This document shows, in pieces, positions 18,828 to 28,378 of a stretch of 64,000 nt of DNA (within the stretch, counting starts at the first letter, position 1; every line of letters begins with the position of its first letter). Made by a program: the position numbers and the translations under genes. The notes under the pieces are model-generated. The model had not been told where the DNA came from. It saw only the letters and a program-made list of their open reading frames with translations, and did not search any database. The DNA is from an uncultured Bacteroidota bacterium (GTDB lineage Bacteria > Bacteroidota > Bacteroidia > 2-12-FULL-35-15), in NCBI GenBank assembly GCA_903926385.1, contig CAIYIS010000045.1, positions 173,569-237,568 of the forward strand. Direction: 5' to 3'.

Positions 18828-21308
18828 TTAATGCGCAATTACAAATTTATTTTTAGCAACTACAGCAGAATTATTTTTTATAGTTACAAAATATATCCCG
18901 TTACTGTATGCCGAAGTGTTTATGTTGAGTGCCGTTTGCAGAGGTGTCAGTTTTTCTTTGTGAATAATTTTTCCCGCAACATCAGAAATTATCAGCATTG
19001 ACCCGGTTTGAATTACAGATGCCGAAGACGACAAATCAACCGTCACGGTTTCGTTTGCCGGATTTGGGAAAAGTTTAATGGAGGGCTGTTGCGAAACAGT
19101 GGGTTTATTATTTATGCCTAACGAATAATCGTTCATAGCAAAAACATACTCCCCGAATTGCAACGAATCGATAGTGACAAAACCATGTAAATCGACATTG
19201 CTTCCGGATTGATTTTTGGTGTAATAAGGGTAGACAGCCCATTCCGAAGCTGTATTTTTGCGGTACATAAGCACTAAACTATCTTCGGCTTCAGTTCCCA
19301 TCAACAAATAATCTAACCATAGATTACCTGAAAAGTTGGAAGTAGATGTTCGCCCGTCATAATATAAAATGGCTTTGCTTCTGAAACCTGCCGGAGCGAT
19401 CCCGTCCACTTTCCAATAATGATTAGGAGATAAACGATAAGGGATGCAACATGATTTGTAATCATCAGGAGTAGCAAAATTATGTTCCACTCTAATAAAT
19501 GCCGTATCAGGAAGACTTAAAACATTAAGTGACATTTTTGTTGCACCCATTGTTTTACTGCCAATAGTAGTGATGGTTTGAAAATCCGAAACTATCGCAT
19601 CACTAATTTTAGAACCTTTATTAATTGCAACAAATGCAGGGTTAAAAGGCACAGTGAAATTCATTACCTGATTAGGCCCGGTCATAAAAAATGTTTGTGT
19701 GTTTTCGGCAAAGTTTGCAGCTTTGAAAGTAACTTCGAGCGGCACATTTTTGTAATAATTAGGAGCTCCGGTTAGTTTTTGTTTCACATAAACGGCCACA
19801 TTATAGTTATTACCATTAGGCGTGATAACCGATGAATCGATTGAAAAGTGAGGCCAGCCGGGATTAAACACCCAATCGTTAAAGAAATCAGAAAGATTTA
19901 TTCCGCTTGCTGCTGTAAGAGCATCTCTTAAATCGGAACTCGAAACATCTTTAAAACTATTTTGAGTAAGATAAGATTTGAGCGAATAGAAAAACACACT
20001 GTCCCCCATATACCCCCTTAAAGTATGAGCTATGTCGGCCCCTTTGTTGTATACATGATCTCCGTATGTATAAGTTTGGGGAATGTTAGAAAGGGTTTGG
20101 TATCCTCCTTCCTTTACATGCAAAAACTGAACATTGTCAGCATGATTAGCTTTTACCGCAGCAAGATAATTACTGTAATTTCCGGCAAATTCGGTATATA
20201 TAAACTCGCAATAATGCGCCCATCCCTCGTTCAACCACATGTCTTCGGCAGTTCGGCAGGTAACCAAATCGCCAAACCAATGATGTGATAATTCATGAAT
20301 AAAGTAAATCTGATATGTAGTTGATCCATTTGAAAGAACTTTTGGGTACGAAATATTGGTAGCATGCTCCATGGCTCCTGCTGTAAAAGGCACAAGACAA
20401 TAGCCCACTCGATTCCATCTGTAAGGCCCGAAATGATTCTCGAATGCAGTAAGCGCATTTGGCAAGTTTACAAAAGAGGCTTTCATATTAGTAGTATCTG
20501 CCGGCAATGCGGTTAATATAATCGGTATGGTGCCATTCATTCCATTATAAGTTTGATTAACCTGAGTGTATGGAGCCACAGAAAGAGAAGCCAGATACGA
20601 AGGGATTTCAGTATCCATTTTCCAGCAACGTGTTCTGTTACCATTCCCGTCTGTGGTATCATTGGCAAGATATCCGTTGCAATAGGCTATTTTTCCATTG
20701 TTCGTAGTTATGTTAAATTCGAATTTAGCTCGTTCCACAAAATTATCGAAACATGGAAACCACACTCTGCCATAATTATGGGGTAACGCTTGAAACGCAA
20801 CACCTATATTATAAGCATAAACACCCTGAAAAAAGAAGCCACCCCATTGATTGGGATGGTCAATCTGAGGGCGACCATGATAGTAGACAGTCACAGACGA
20901 AGTGTCACCAATGTTATAAGTTACAGGAAGGGTTACATTGAGAAGGGTGTCGTTATATAATGTCGTGAGCAGGTTGTTTCCACTTTTAACCGAATCGACA
21001 GTTAACATTAACAAGTCCAGATTAAGTTTATTTAATCCGTTAACTTTAGGAGTGAATTTTATTTGTGAGTTTCCGCTAATGGTACTGTCAACAAAACTGG
21101 TTACGTTCAGATTAATGGTGAATTTTAAAATGTCGGTAGTGTCGCTTCTGGAATTATCTGCTTGCATCGGATTACTAGGAAGTACAGATTTAAACTGAGT
21201 ACTATTCAGATGATGTTTGGAGGCAGTATTACTATTGTTCAGTTGTGACTGAGCAAATATTTGTGCGGTTATAAGCACAGAAATCAGAAATAGTATTTTT
21301 ATTTTCAT
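18828..21308 (-). CDS. M1 aminopeptidase with T9SS type-A CTD
   Basis: GAMEHAT, HELSHHWFG...WLNEG, YNKG and a CTD beginning LFPNPA. Likely start MKIKILF at 21308; the track starts at 21320. Confidence 0.92.
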   Translation of the reverse strand: MKIKILFLISVLITAQIFAQSQLNNSNTASKHHLNSTQFKSVLPSNPMQADNSRSDTTDILKFTINLNVTSFVDSTISGNSQIKFTPKVNGLNKLNLDLLMLTVDSVKSGNNLLTTLYNDTLLNVTLPVTYNIGDTSSVTVYYHGRPQIDHPNQWGGFFFQGVYAYNIGVAFQALPHNYGRVWFPCFDNFVERAKFEFNITTNNGKIAYCNGYLANDTTDGNGNRTRCWKMDTEIPSYLASLSVAPYTQVNQTYNGMNGTIPIILTALPADTTNMKASFVNLPNALTAFENHFGPYRWNRVGYCLVPFTAGAMEHATNISYPKVLSNGSTTYQIYFIHELSHHWFGDLVTCRTAEDMWLNEGWAHYCEFIYTEFAGNYSNYLAAVKANHADNVQFLHVKEGGYQTLSNIPQTYTYGDHVYNKGADIAHTLRGYMGDSVFFYSLKSYLTQNSFKDVSSSDLRDALTAASGINLSDFFNDWVFNPGWPHFSIDSSVITPNGNNYNVAVYVKQKLTGAPNYYKNVPLEVTFKAANFAENTQTFFMTGPNQVMNFTVPFNPAFVAINKGSKISDAIVSDFQTITTIGSKTMGATKMSLNVLSLPDTAFIRVEHNFATPDDYKSCCIPYRLSPNHYWKVDGIAPAGFRSKAILYYDGRTSTSNFSGNLWLDYLLMGTEAEDSLVLMYRKNTASEWAVYPYYTKNQSGSNVDLHGFVTIDSLQFGEYVFAMNDYSLGINNKPTVSQQPSIKLFPNPANETVTVDLSSSASVIQTGSMLIISDVAGKIIHKEKLTPLQTALNINTSAYSNGIYFVTIKNNSAVVAKNKFVIAH

Positions 21309-21522
21309 AATCAATGTCAAATTTGAGTGAATAAAGGTAATAAGATTTTTTAGATTCTAGTATTCTTGACTTTGTTTGAATTTTATGGTTTTGTTTTAGA
21401 ACAATAATTCCTTATACATTATTCCATAAAGAGGAATCTAGAGTTTTTTGATTTCTTTTTTGCAAGATAATATTCTACATTTGCCGGAAATAAGTTCAGA
21501 TTTTAATAAACTCACCTAAAAC

Positions 21523-22470
21523 ATGAAACCTATAGAAAGAATCGCAGGTATACTATTGCTCTACGTAATGGTTAACTTCATTTATTTAAAATTTCATACC
21601 GAGAAGCTTGAAGATGGCTTCACCTCAAAATATGAAGCAAAGAATGAAATGGTAAATAACCTGAAAGAGGGAAAATGGATTGAATACAAAGATTCGAGTT
21701 GGAATGCGGTCTCTGCCGACAGTGCAGTATACTATTCTCTTAATGTTTATAAGTCAGGCGTGAAATTTGGCATTCAAAGAGATTACAATTTGGAAGGAAA
21801 TATTCAAAGTGAATTTAGCTTCTCTACCAATGGAAAGAGAAACGGTATTGCGAAATGGTTTTATGAGAGCGGAAAATTGCAGAAAGAACTTCCGTATAAT
21901 GATGACAAAGAAAACGGTGAAAGCATGGTGTATTATGAAAGCGGTGAGGTAAAGGAAAAGGTTACTTATGCTGATGGGTTAGAAACGGGCATGCTAACTT
22001 CTTTTTATGAAAGCGGTAAAAAACTGACGGAAGTGCCCTATAGTAATGGAAAGATGGATGGCCCCTACACGCAATACTACGAAAATGGTAAAACTAAACA
22101 GGAATGCACTTACAAGGATGGTAAGGCAATCGGAACTGCAAAGTTCTACTATGAGAGCGGTCAGTTGCAGGAAGAGGATAAGTATGCAGACGATAAATTA
22201 GAAGGCGAAGTAAAACTGTATTTCGAAAGCGGAAAATTAAATGAGGTTTCCAATTATAAAGAAGGGAAACTTGATGGAAATTATATGGCATATTACGAAA
22301 GTGGACAAAAGAAAACAGAAGGGAAATACAAAGCGGATACACAATTTGGAATATGGAAAGAATGGGATGATAAGGGAAATCTATTAACTCAAAAATCTTT
22401 TGACGGGAGCGGAAATGCTGGTGAGGAAAATTCAGTTGAAGAAGTGCCTGTAGAAGAAACAACAGATTAG
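21523..22470 (+). CDS. MORN-variant repeat protein with N-terminal membrane anchor
   Basis: Repeated YYESG.L..E..Y..GK..G units. Confidence 0.85.
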   Translation: MKPIERIAGILLLYVMVNFIYLKFHTEKLEDGFTSKYEAKNEMVNNLKEGKWIEYKDSSWNAVSADSAVYYSLNVYKSGVKFGIQRDYNLEGNIQSEFSFSTNGKRNGIAKWFYESGKLQKELPYNDDKENGESMVYYESGEVKEKVTYADGLETGMLTSFYESGKKLTEVPYSNGKMDGPYTQYYENGKTKQECTYKDGKAIGTAKFYYESGQLQEEDKYADDKLEGEVKLYFESGKLNEVSNYKEGKLDGNYMAYYESGQKKTEGKYKADTQFGIWKEWDDKGNLLTQKSFDGSGNAGEENSVEEVPVEETTD

Positions 22471-22600
22471 AGGGGGCGAAAGAAGTTGCCTGTGTAAAAT
22501 CATTTATTTTTCCCCGCATTGCTCCTATTAAAAACAAAGATATTAACGGTTTTCACAATTTAACTTATTTGTTTACTTTTGTGAAAGAAGAATAAAGTAT

Positions 22601-24163
22601 ATGAAGAGAATACTAAATTTTATGTGTTTGTTTTTGTTAGCAGGTGCCTCAATTGCACAAACAGATAAAAACACAAATCCGAATGGCTACAATAAATTTT
22701 ACTACGACAACGGAAAAGTTTCGAGTGAGGGAACTATGCGTGATGGAAAACCTGATGGGTATTGGAAAACATATTCAGAATATGGTGTCATAAAATCAGA
22801 AGGTAATAGAAAAAATTTTCAACTAGATAGTATTTGGAAATTCTATAATGAGAAAGGTAAACTAGCTTTTGAATACAATTACAAGGAAGGAAAGAAAAAC
22901 GGATTAAGAAAAACCTATGACACCAAAGAAGGTTTTCTTGTTTTATCAGAAAGTTTTGCAAATGATATGAAACAAGGCAATACTGTGTACTATTTCAAGA
23001 ATGGAAAAGTAAAACAAACAATTCCATTTGTTGCCGGAAAAGAGGAAGGGCAAGGGTTTGAATTCGGCCCGGACAGTACTGTCATTACACTCACCCAATA
23101 TAAAATGGGTTTTGTTCAGAGAGAAGAAAAAATGAACAGGAGAGATGCGGATAGCCTGAAGCAAGGTGTGTGGAAACAATTTTACCCGTCCGGAATTATT
23201 AAAAACGAAGTTACCTATAGTGACGATAAGATGAATGGATATTTGAAAGAATACTCTGTTTCGGGTAGTTTGGTAAGTACAACTAAATATGTGAACGGAG
23301 TAGTTCAGAAAAATGCTCCTGAACTTGCAAAGCTTGATGTGAGAACAGAATATTACGAAGGAGGTATTGTAAAATTTACCGGAACATACAAGGATGGTGT
23401 AGCCGAAGGAATTCATAGAGTTTTTTCTCCCGAAGGGAAAGTGCTTTCTGCAAAGGTGTATGCCGATGGCGTGCTGACAGGCGAAGGTATATTAGATACG
23501 ATCGGCAGACAACAAGGTCCATGGAAAGAGTATCATCCAAACGGCCAGTTGAAAGCTCAAGGCGAATATTTCAACAGCAAACGGATTGGTGAATGGGTAT
23601 TCTATTATTCAAATGGAAAAATTGAACAAAGAGGTAAATACGATAAAAAGGGAAAAGCACAAGGTCCTTGGAAATGGTATTACGAATCAGGAAATTTATG
23701 GCGCGAAGAAACTTACAGAAATAATCTGCAAGATGGAACATTGATAGATTATGAAGACGTAAGTGCTGACAGTTCCAAAATAATCACCAAAGGAGAAATG
23801 GTGGATGGAAAGAAAGAAGGGCCATGGATTCTGGAACTTCCCGATTACAAAGAAGAAGGAAGTTATAAAGATGATAATCGTGACGGAGAATGGAAACATT
23901 ACTACACAAGCACTGGCAAACTACGTTTTGTCGGTAAGTTTATAGATGGTATTCCTGAGGGAGAGCATCGCTTTTATTACCCGAATGGGAAAGAAAAACA
24001 ATTAGGTAAATATGCCGGAGGAAGTAAAGAAGGTGAGTGGAAGTTCTTTGACGAATCGGGGTATCTTTTTTTGACAATATTATACAATTCGGATATTGAG
24101 ATTAGATTTGATGGAATCAAAGTTGTTCCCGAAACAGTGGGGTCAGAGCCAAGCTTAAAATAG
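22601..24163 (+). CDS. Exported MORN-variant repeat protein
   Basis: Signal peptide ending SIA-Q and repeated G.WK.YY.NG units. Confidence 0.88.
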   Translation: MKRILNFMCLFLLAGASIAQTDKNTNPNGYNKFYYDNGKVSSEGTMRDGKPDGYWKTYSEYGVIKSEGNRKNFQLDSIWKFYNEKGKLAFEYNYKEGKKNGLRKTYDTKEGFLVLSESFANDMKQGNTVYYFKNGKVKQTIPFVAGKEEGQGFEFGPDSTVITLTQYKMGFVQREEKMNRRDADSLKQGVWKQFYPSGIIKNEVTYSDDKMNGYLKEYSVSGSLVSTTKYVNGVVQKNAPELAKLDVRTEYYEGGIVKFTGTYKDGVAEGIHRVFSPEGKVLSAKVYADGVLTGEGILDTIGRQQGPWKEYHPNGQLKAQGEYFNSKRIGEWVFYYSNGKIEQRGKYDKKGKAQGPWKWYYESGNLWREETYRNNLQDGTLIDYEDVSADSSKIITKGEMVDGKKEGPWILELPDYKEEGSYKDDNRDGEWKHYYTSTGKLRFVGKFIDGIPEGEHRFYYPNGKEKQLGKYAGGSKEGEWKFFDESGYLFLTILYNSDIEIRFDGIKVVPETVGSEPSLK

Positions 24164-24172
24164 TTTTTGCAA

Positions 24173-27100
24173 ATGGCTGAACCCAAAAAAACAAATACTG
24201 AACTAAATGCGGAGATAAGAAGGCTTCGGAAGGAAATTGAATTGCTCAATCAGAAAAAAGATGAAGCAAACAATGAACTTAAGTTAAGTGAGGCTAAATT
24301 CAGAAAGCTTTCCGATTCGGCTTTTGAAGGGATAGCCATACATCATAACGGAATCGTTTTACAAGTAAACAAAGCTGTTTGTGCATTATTCGAATATGAA
24401 GAAAATGAATTCATAGGTCGTTCAATTCTTGATTTTATCCATCCCGATTTTCAAACCACAGTGCTCGAAAGGATAAAAATGAAAATTACTTCTCCTTACG
24501 AAATCATGATGCTCAAAAAGGGAAACAGACCTTTCTGGGTTGAACTTTTAGGAAATCAGATAAATTATAATGGAACAGAGGCAAGAGTTACAGCAATTCG
24601 TGACCTTTCGGCACAAAAAGAAACCCAAAATAAAATAATCGAAAGTGAACGGAAATTTTCGGTTTTGTCCAATAATTTCCCAGGAATAGCCTACAGATGT
24701 TTGTTGGACGAACAATTAACCATGCTTTTTCTGAGTAACGGCTTTCACAAACTGACAGGGTATAATGCTGATGACTTTATTAACAATAAGAAAACGTCGT
24801 TTAGCGAAATTGTGTATCCTGCCGACAAGGGGAATTCGAATATCTTAAAAGCATTAACGAAAAAGGAAATTTTTGAATTAGAATATCGAATAATAACTGC
24901 AAATGGCGAAACAAAATGGGTATGGGAAAAAGGGCAAGGCGTGTTTGATGAAAATAACAAATTGCTATTTCTAGAAGGTTTCATTGCGGATAATAATGAG
25001 AAAAAGCAATTCGAAATAGAACTGAATAAGAGCAGAGAGAATTACAAACAGTTATTTGATTATTCGCCTGATGGAGTTGTTATACATATCGAAGGGAAAG
25101 TGATTTTTTCTAATAAATCTGTATTGAGAATTTTGGGTGCCGACAGTTTCGAGCAACTGGAAAATAAATCAGTGTTCGACTATATACTACCTGAATATCA
25201 TCAGAAGGTAATAGATCGTATTTTCAAAAACAGCAAAGGAATTGATTGGGGTTTTACAGAAATAAAAATAAAAAATCTAAAAAGCGAAATTGTAACTGTA
25301 GAAACAAAACCAACTCCTATTGTTTTTAATGGTTTGCAAGCAACTCAGGTTATTTTAAGAGACTTAACGGAACATAAAAAACTACTCGAAGAGCAGCTTA
25401 GAGCCCAAGTAGCCGAAGAAACTAATTTTAAACTTCAACAAGAAATTAATGAACGGAAAAAGACGGAGAGAATTTTATTTGCCAACCAAAAATATACTCG
25501 CTTGTTAATTGAAAGTTCTCTGGATATTATTTGTGCCTCTGATAAAAATGGGAATATCACCGAGTTTAACCCAGCCGCCCAAAAAACATTTGGTTATGAA
25601 CTGCACGAAGTTCTCGGAAAACATGTTAAGATGCTCTATGCTGATCCGAATGATAGTACTCATATTACAGAAGATGAACTTATCGAAAACGGTATATATG
25701 TGGGAGAAGTGTTGAACAAAAAGAAAAACGGAGAGAAGTTTATTTCTTTTTTATCCGCTTCAGTCTTGAAAAACGAAGCTGGCGAAATTGTAGGTGCAAT
25801 GGGAGTTTCGCGTGATATCTCCGAGTCTAAAAAAGCTGAACAGGAGTTACGTGACAGCGAAGAACGTTACCGGGCAATTTACAATCAAGTTTATGTTGGA
25901 ATTGCTAAAGTTAGTTTGGAAGGTCAGTTTTTACAAGCTAATCAGCAGCTATGCAAAATTCTTGGTTATACAAATGAAGAACTTTGTCAGAAGAGTTTTG
26001 TAGACATTACAACTCCAGAAGATATGGAGCGTACCGTTGCCTATTGGGATAAATTTTTGTTAGGGCACACAGAAAAGGAGTCGTACGAAAAAAAGTACTT
26101 TCACAAGAGCGGACGAGTCGTATATGTGAACTTAACCATTTCAATGGTGAAAGATGCTGACGGGAAAGCTGCACATTTTATTGGTGTATTTCAGGACATC
26201 ACTCAACGAAAAAAGAATGAGCAAGAACAGCAAGTGCAGGCTGCAAAATTAAATGCTATTTTTGATAGTGGTTCCCATTTAATTTGGACCGTGGATACTG
26301 ACAGTTGTTTGACATCATTTAATAAGAACTTCTCATTGTATATACAACAGCAATATGATGTGGAGACAATGATTGGCCTATCTATGATAGAAGGAAATGT
26401 GTTTTCAAATGAAGAATACAATAACTTCTGGATAAGCAAATACTCGCAAACTGCTGCCGGGATTCCTCAGTATTTCGAAACTAAATTTATCAATAAATTA
26501 AGAGGGGATATTTGGTACGAAATTTTTCTTAATCCTATTTTTGACGACAAAGGAAAGGTTGTAGAAATATCAGGAATCGGTCACGATATCACAGAGAAGA
26601 TTATTTCGAACGAAAAAATTCAACAGTCCTTAGCCGAAAAGGAAATTCTTTTAAAAGAAGTTCATCATCGTGTGAAAAATAATTTGCAGGTTATTTCAAG
26701 TATACTAAACTTACAGTCTTCATACGTAAAAGACCAGAATACTTTAAATTTGTTAAGAGAAAGCCAGAATAGAATAAAATCTATGGCGTTTATCCACGAA
26801 AGCCTTTACCAGACTAAGGATTTTTCGAATATCAACTTCTCAGAATATGTGGTTAACCTTTCACAGAATTTACTTCATACATATTCTGATTCAAAATTTG
26901 AAATAAAATTGAACCTCGATATTCAAATAAAATTCTTAATTTTAGACCTTGCAATTCCGACCGGTTTGATTATAAACGAACTCGTGACTAATGCCATTAA
27001 GTACGCATTTAATAATGAGACCAATGAAAACAGCATTAGTATTGCTATGATCAATGAAGATGAAAACATTAAACTTATTGTAGAAGATAACGGAGTAGGA

Positions 27101-27259
27101 TTACCGTCATCAATTAATTTTAGAGATACCGAGTCGTTGGGCTTGCAATTAGTAGTTACATTAGTTGATCAGATTAACGGGAAAATTGAATTAGATAACA
27201 CAAAAGGAGCAAAGTATAGTATAGTATTCAAACATAATCAAATTAAAAACAAAAAATAA
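24173..27259 (+). CDS. Cytoplasmic multi-PAS histidine kinase (HisKA_2 type)
   Basis: About six PAS/PAC repeats, EVHHRVKNNLQ, NELVTNAIKYAF, DNGVG and SLGLQLV; no transmembrane segment. ATG at 24173. Confidence 0.93.
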   Translation: MAEPKKTNTELNAEIRRLRKEIELLNQKKDEANNELKLSEAKFRKLSDSAFEGIAIHHNGIVLQVNKAVCALFEYEENEFIGRSILDFIHPDFQTTVLERIKMKITSPYEIMMLKKGNRPFWVELLGNQINYNGTEARVTAIRDLSAQKETQNKIIESERKFSVLSNNFPGIAYRCLLDEQLTMLFLSNGFHKLTGYNADDFINNKKTSFSEIVYPADKGNSNILKALTKKEIFELEYRIITANGETKWVWEKGQGVFDENNKLLFLEGFIADNNEKKQFEIELNKSRENYKQLFDYSPDGVVIHIEGKVIFSNKSVLRILGADSFEQLENKSVFDYILPEYHQKVIDRIFKNSKGIDWGFTEIKIKNLKSEIVTVETKPTPIVFNGLQATQVILRDLTEHKKLLEEQLRAQVAEETNFKLQQEINERKKTERILFANQKYTRLLIESSLDIICASDKNGNITEFNPAAQKTFGYELHEVLGKHVKMLYADPNDSTHITEDELIENGIYVGEVLNKKKNGEKFISFLSASVLKNEAGEIVGAMGVSRDISESKKAEQELRDSEERYRAIYNQVYVGIAKVSLEGQFLQANQQLCKILGYTNEELCQKSFVDITTPEDMERTVAYWDKFLLGHTEKESYEKKYFHKSGRVVYVNLTISMVKDADGKAAHFIGVFQDITQRKKNEQEQQVQAAKLNAIFDSGSHLIWTVDTDSCLTSFNKNFSLYIQQQYDVETMIGLSMIEGNVFSNEEYNNFWISKYSQTAAGIPQYFETKFINKLRGDIWYEIFLNPIFDDKGKVVEISGIGHDITEKIISNEKIQQSLAEKEILLKEVHHRVKNNLQVISSILNLQSSYVKDQNTLNLLRESQNRIKSMAFIHESLYQTKDFSNINFSEYVVNLSQNLLHTYSDSKFEIKLNLDIQIKFLILDLAIPTGLIINELVTNAIKYAFNNETNENSISIAMINEDENIKLIVEDNGVGLPSSINFRDTESLGLQLVVTLVDQINGKIELDNTKGAKYSIVFKHNQIKNKK

Positions 27260-27261
27260 TC

Positions 27262-28020
27262 ATGTCAAAATCAAACATTCTTATTGTTGAAGACGAGAGC
27301 ATAGTTGCTAAGGACATTCAACATAGCTTAAAAAAATTGGGTTATACTGTTGTCGAAATCTGTTCTAATGGCGAAGATGCCATTCGTATGGCAGAAGAAT
27401 TGAAACCGAATTTAGTTCTAATGGATATCATGTTAAAAGGTGATATGACGGGCATTGAGGCAGCATCCGTAATTCGTGAAAAGTTTAATATTCCTATTAT
27501 TTATCTGACTGCTTATGCTGATGAAAGTACTTTAACCAAAGCAAAAGTTTCTGAACCTTATGGGTACATTATTAAACCTTTCAAGGAAATTGACTTGCAT
27601 ACTTCTATTGAAATGGCAATTTACAAGCACGAAAAAGAAACTGATCTTAAAAAAGAAAGAGATTTTTTATATTCTATCGTGGAAAATAAGGAGTCAAAAG
27701 ATAAGGACCATATTTTTGTGAAATCAAACTCCAGATTAGTAAAGGTGAAGGCTACTGATATTTATTTTGTTGAGGCATTAAAAGATTATGTAGTGCTAAA
27801 TACTGAAAACGCAAAATTTACGATTCATTCAACCATGAAGGATATTGAGAAGAAATTAGCGGCCGCTGATTTTATTCGTGTGCATCGTTCGTATATTGTA
27901 AGAATTGATAAAATTGTTGCAGTCGAAACGCCTAACTTAATTTTGGAAAACGATAAAAAACTAATTCCAATCGGAGGTTCGTATAAAGACGATTTAGCAA
28001 AACGATTAAATATGGCATAG
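27262..28020 (+). CDS. Response regulator (REC + LytTR)
   Basis: ILIVEDE, LMDIML, YLTAYAD and KPF in the receiver; VEALKDYV...FIRVHRSYIV in the LytTR domain. Confidence 0.93.
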   Translation: MSKSNILIVEDESIVAKDIQHSLKKLGYTVVEICSNGEDAIRMAEELKPNLVLMDIMLKGDMTGIEAASVIREKFNIPIIYLTAYADESTLTKAKVSEPYGYIIKPFKEIDLHTSIEMAIYKHEKETDLKKERDFLYSIVENKESKDKDHIFVKSNSRLVKVKATDIYFVEALKDYVVLNTENAKFTIHSTMKDIEKKLAAADFIRVHRSYIVRIDKIVAVETPNLILENDKKLIPIGGSYKDDLAKRLNMA

Positions 28021-28063
28021 TTTAATTCTATGTATGGAGGAAGACATTAATTTCGTTTTCATT

Positions 28064-28092
28064 AAAAATCCCGAATCGTTTCGGGATTTTTT
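28064..28092 (+). terminator. Intrinsic terminator after the response regulator
   Basis: aaaaatcccgaa-tcgt-ttcgggatttttt. Confidence 0.85.
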
Positions 28093-28163
28093 GTTTTGCT
28101 ACAATCAGGTTTCTCAAGAATTGAAAAATTGTATAAAGATAAAAACTATTGAAAACGAAGCTG

Positions 28164-28289
28164 TTTTTCCGCTTCATGTCGTTTTTTATTGGGGCAATAG
28201 CGTTTATCATTTCCTCGATGACGTTTTTCATTAGGGCAATGACTTTTTTCATTTCCGCGATAGCGTTTTTGATTTCCGTGATAGCGGAG
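28164..28289. repeat. 21-bp tandem repeat array, 6 degenerate units
   Basis: tttttccgcttcatgtcgttt, tttattggggcaatagcgttt, atcatttcctcgatgacgttt, ttcattagggcaatgactttt, ttcatttccgcgatagcgttt, ttgatttccgtgatagcggag. Confidence 0.8.
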
Positions 28290-28311
28290 AGAATTTTAGC
28301 TTTATTGTCAT

Positions 28312-28346
28312 AAAAAAAGGTTCTGCTTTTTTCAAAACAGAACCTT
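28312..28346 (-). terminator. Intrinsic terminator after lepA
   Basis: aaggttctg...cagaacctt with an A-tract on the left, which is the U-tail on the minus strand. Confidence 0.75.
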
Positions 28347-28378
28347 AATTATAAGCCGAAACGAGAGGAATAAACCTA

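Noticed and set aside
20691-20718. dif site (TTATGTTAAAT at 20708-20718)
   Set aside because: Only the XerD-like arm matches. The XerC arm position (ttttccattgt) lacks the ATAA end, and the site is inside a coding sequence.
13866-24163. MORN/YwqK proteins as toxin-antitoxin immunity genes
   Set aside because: No adjacent toxin, and the proteins are long and exported.
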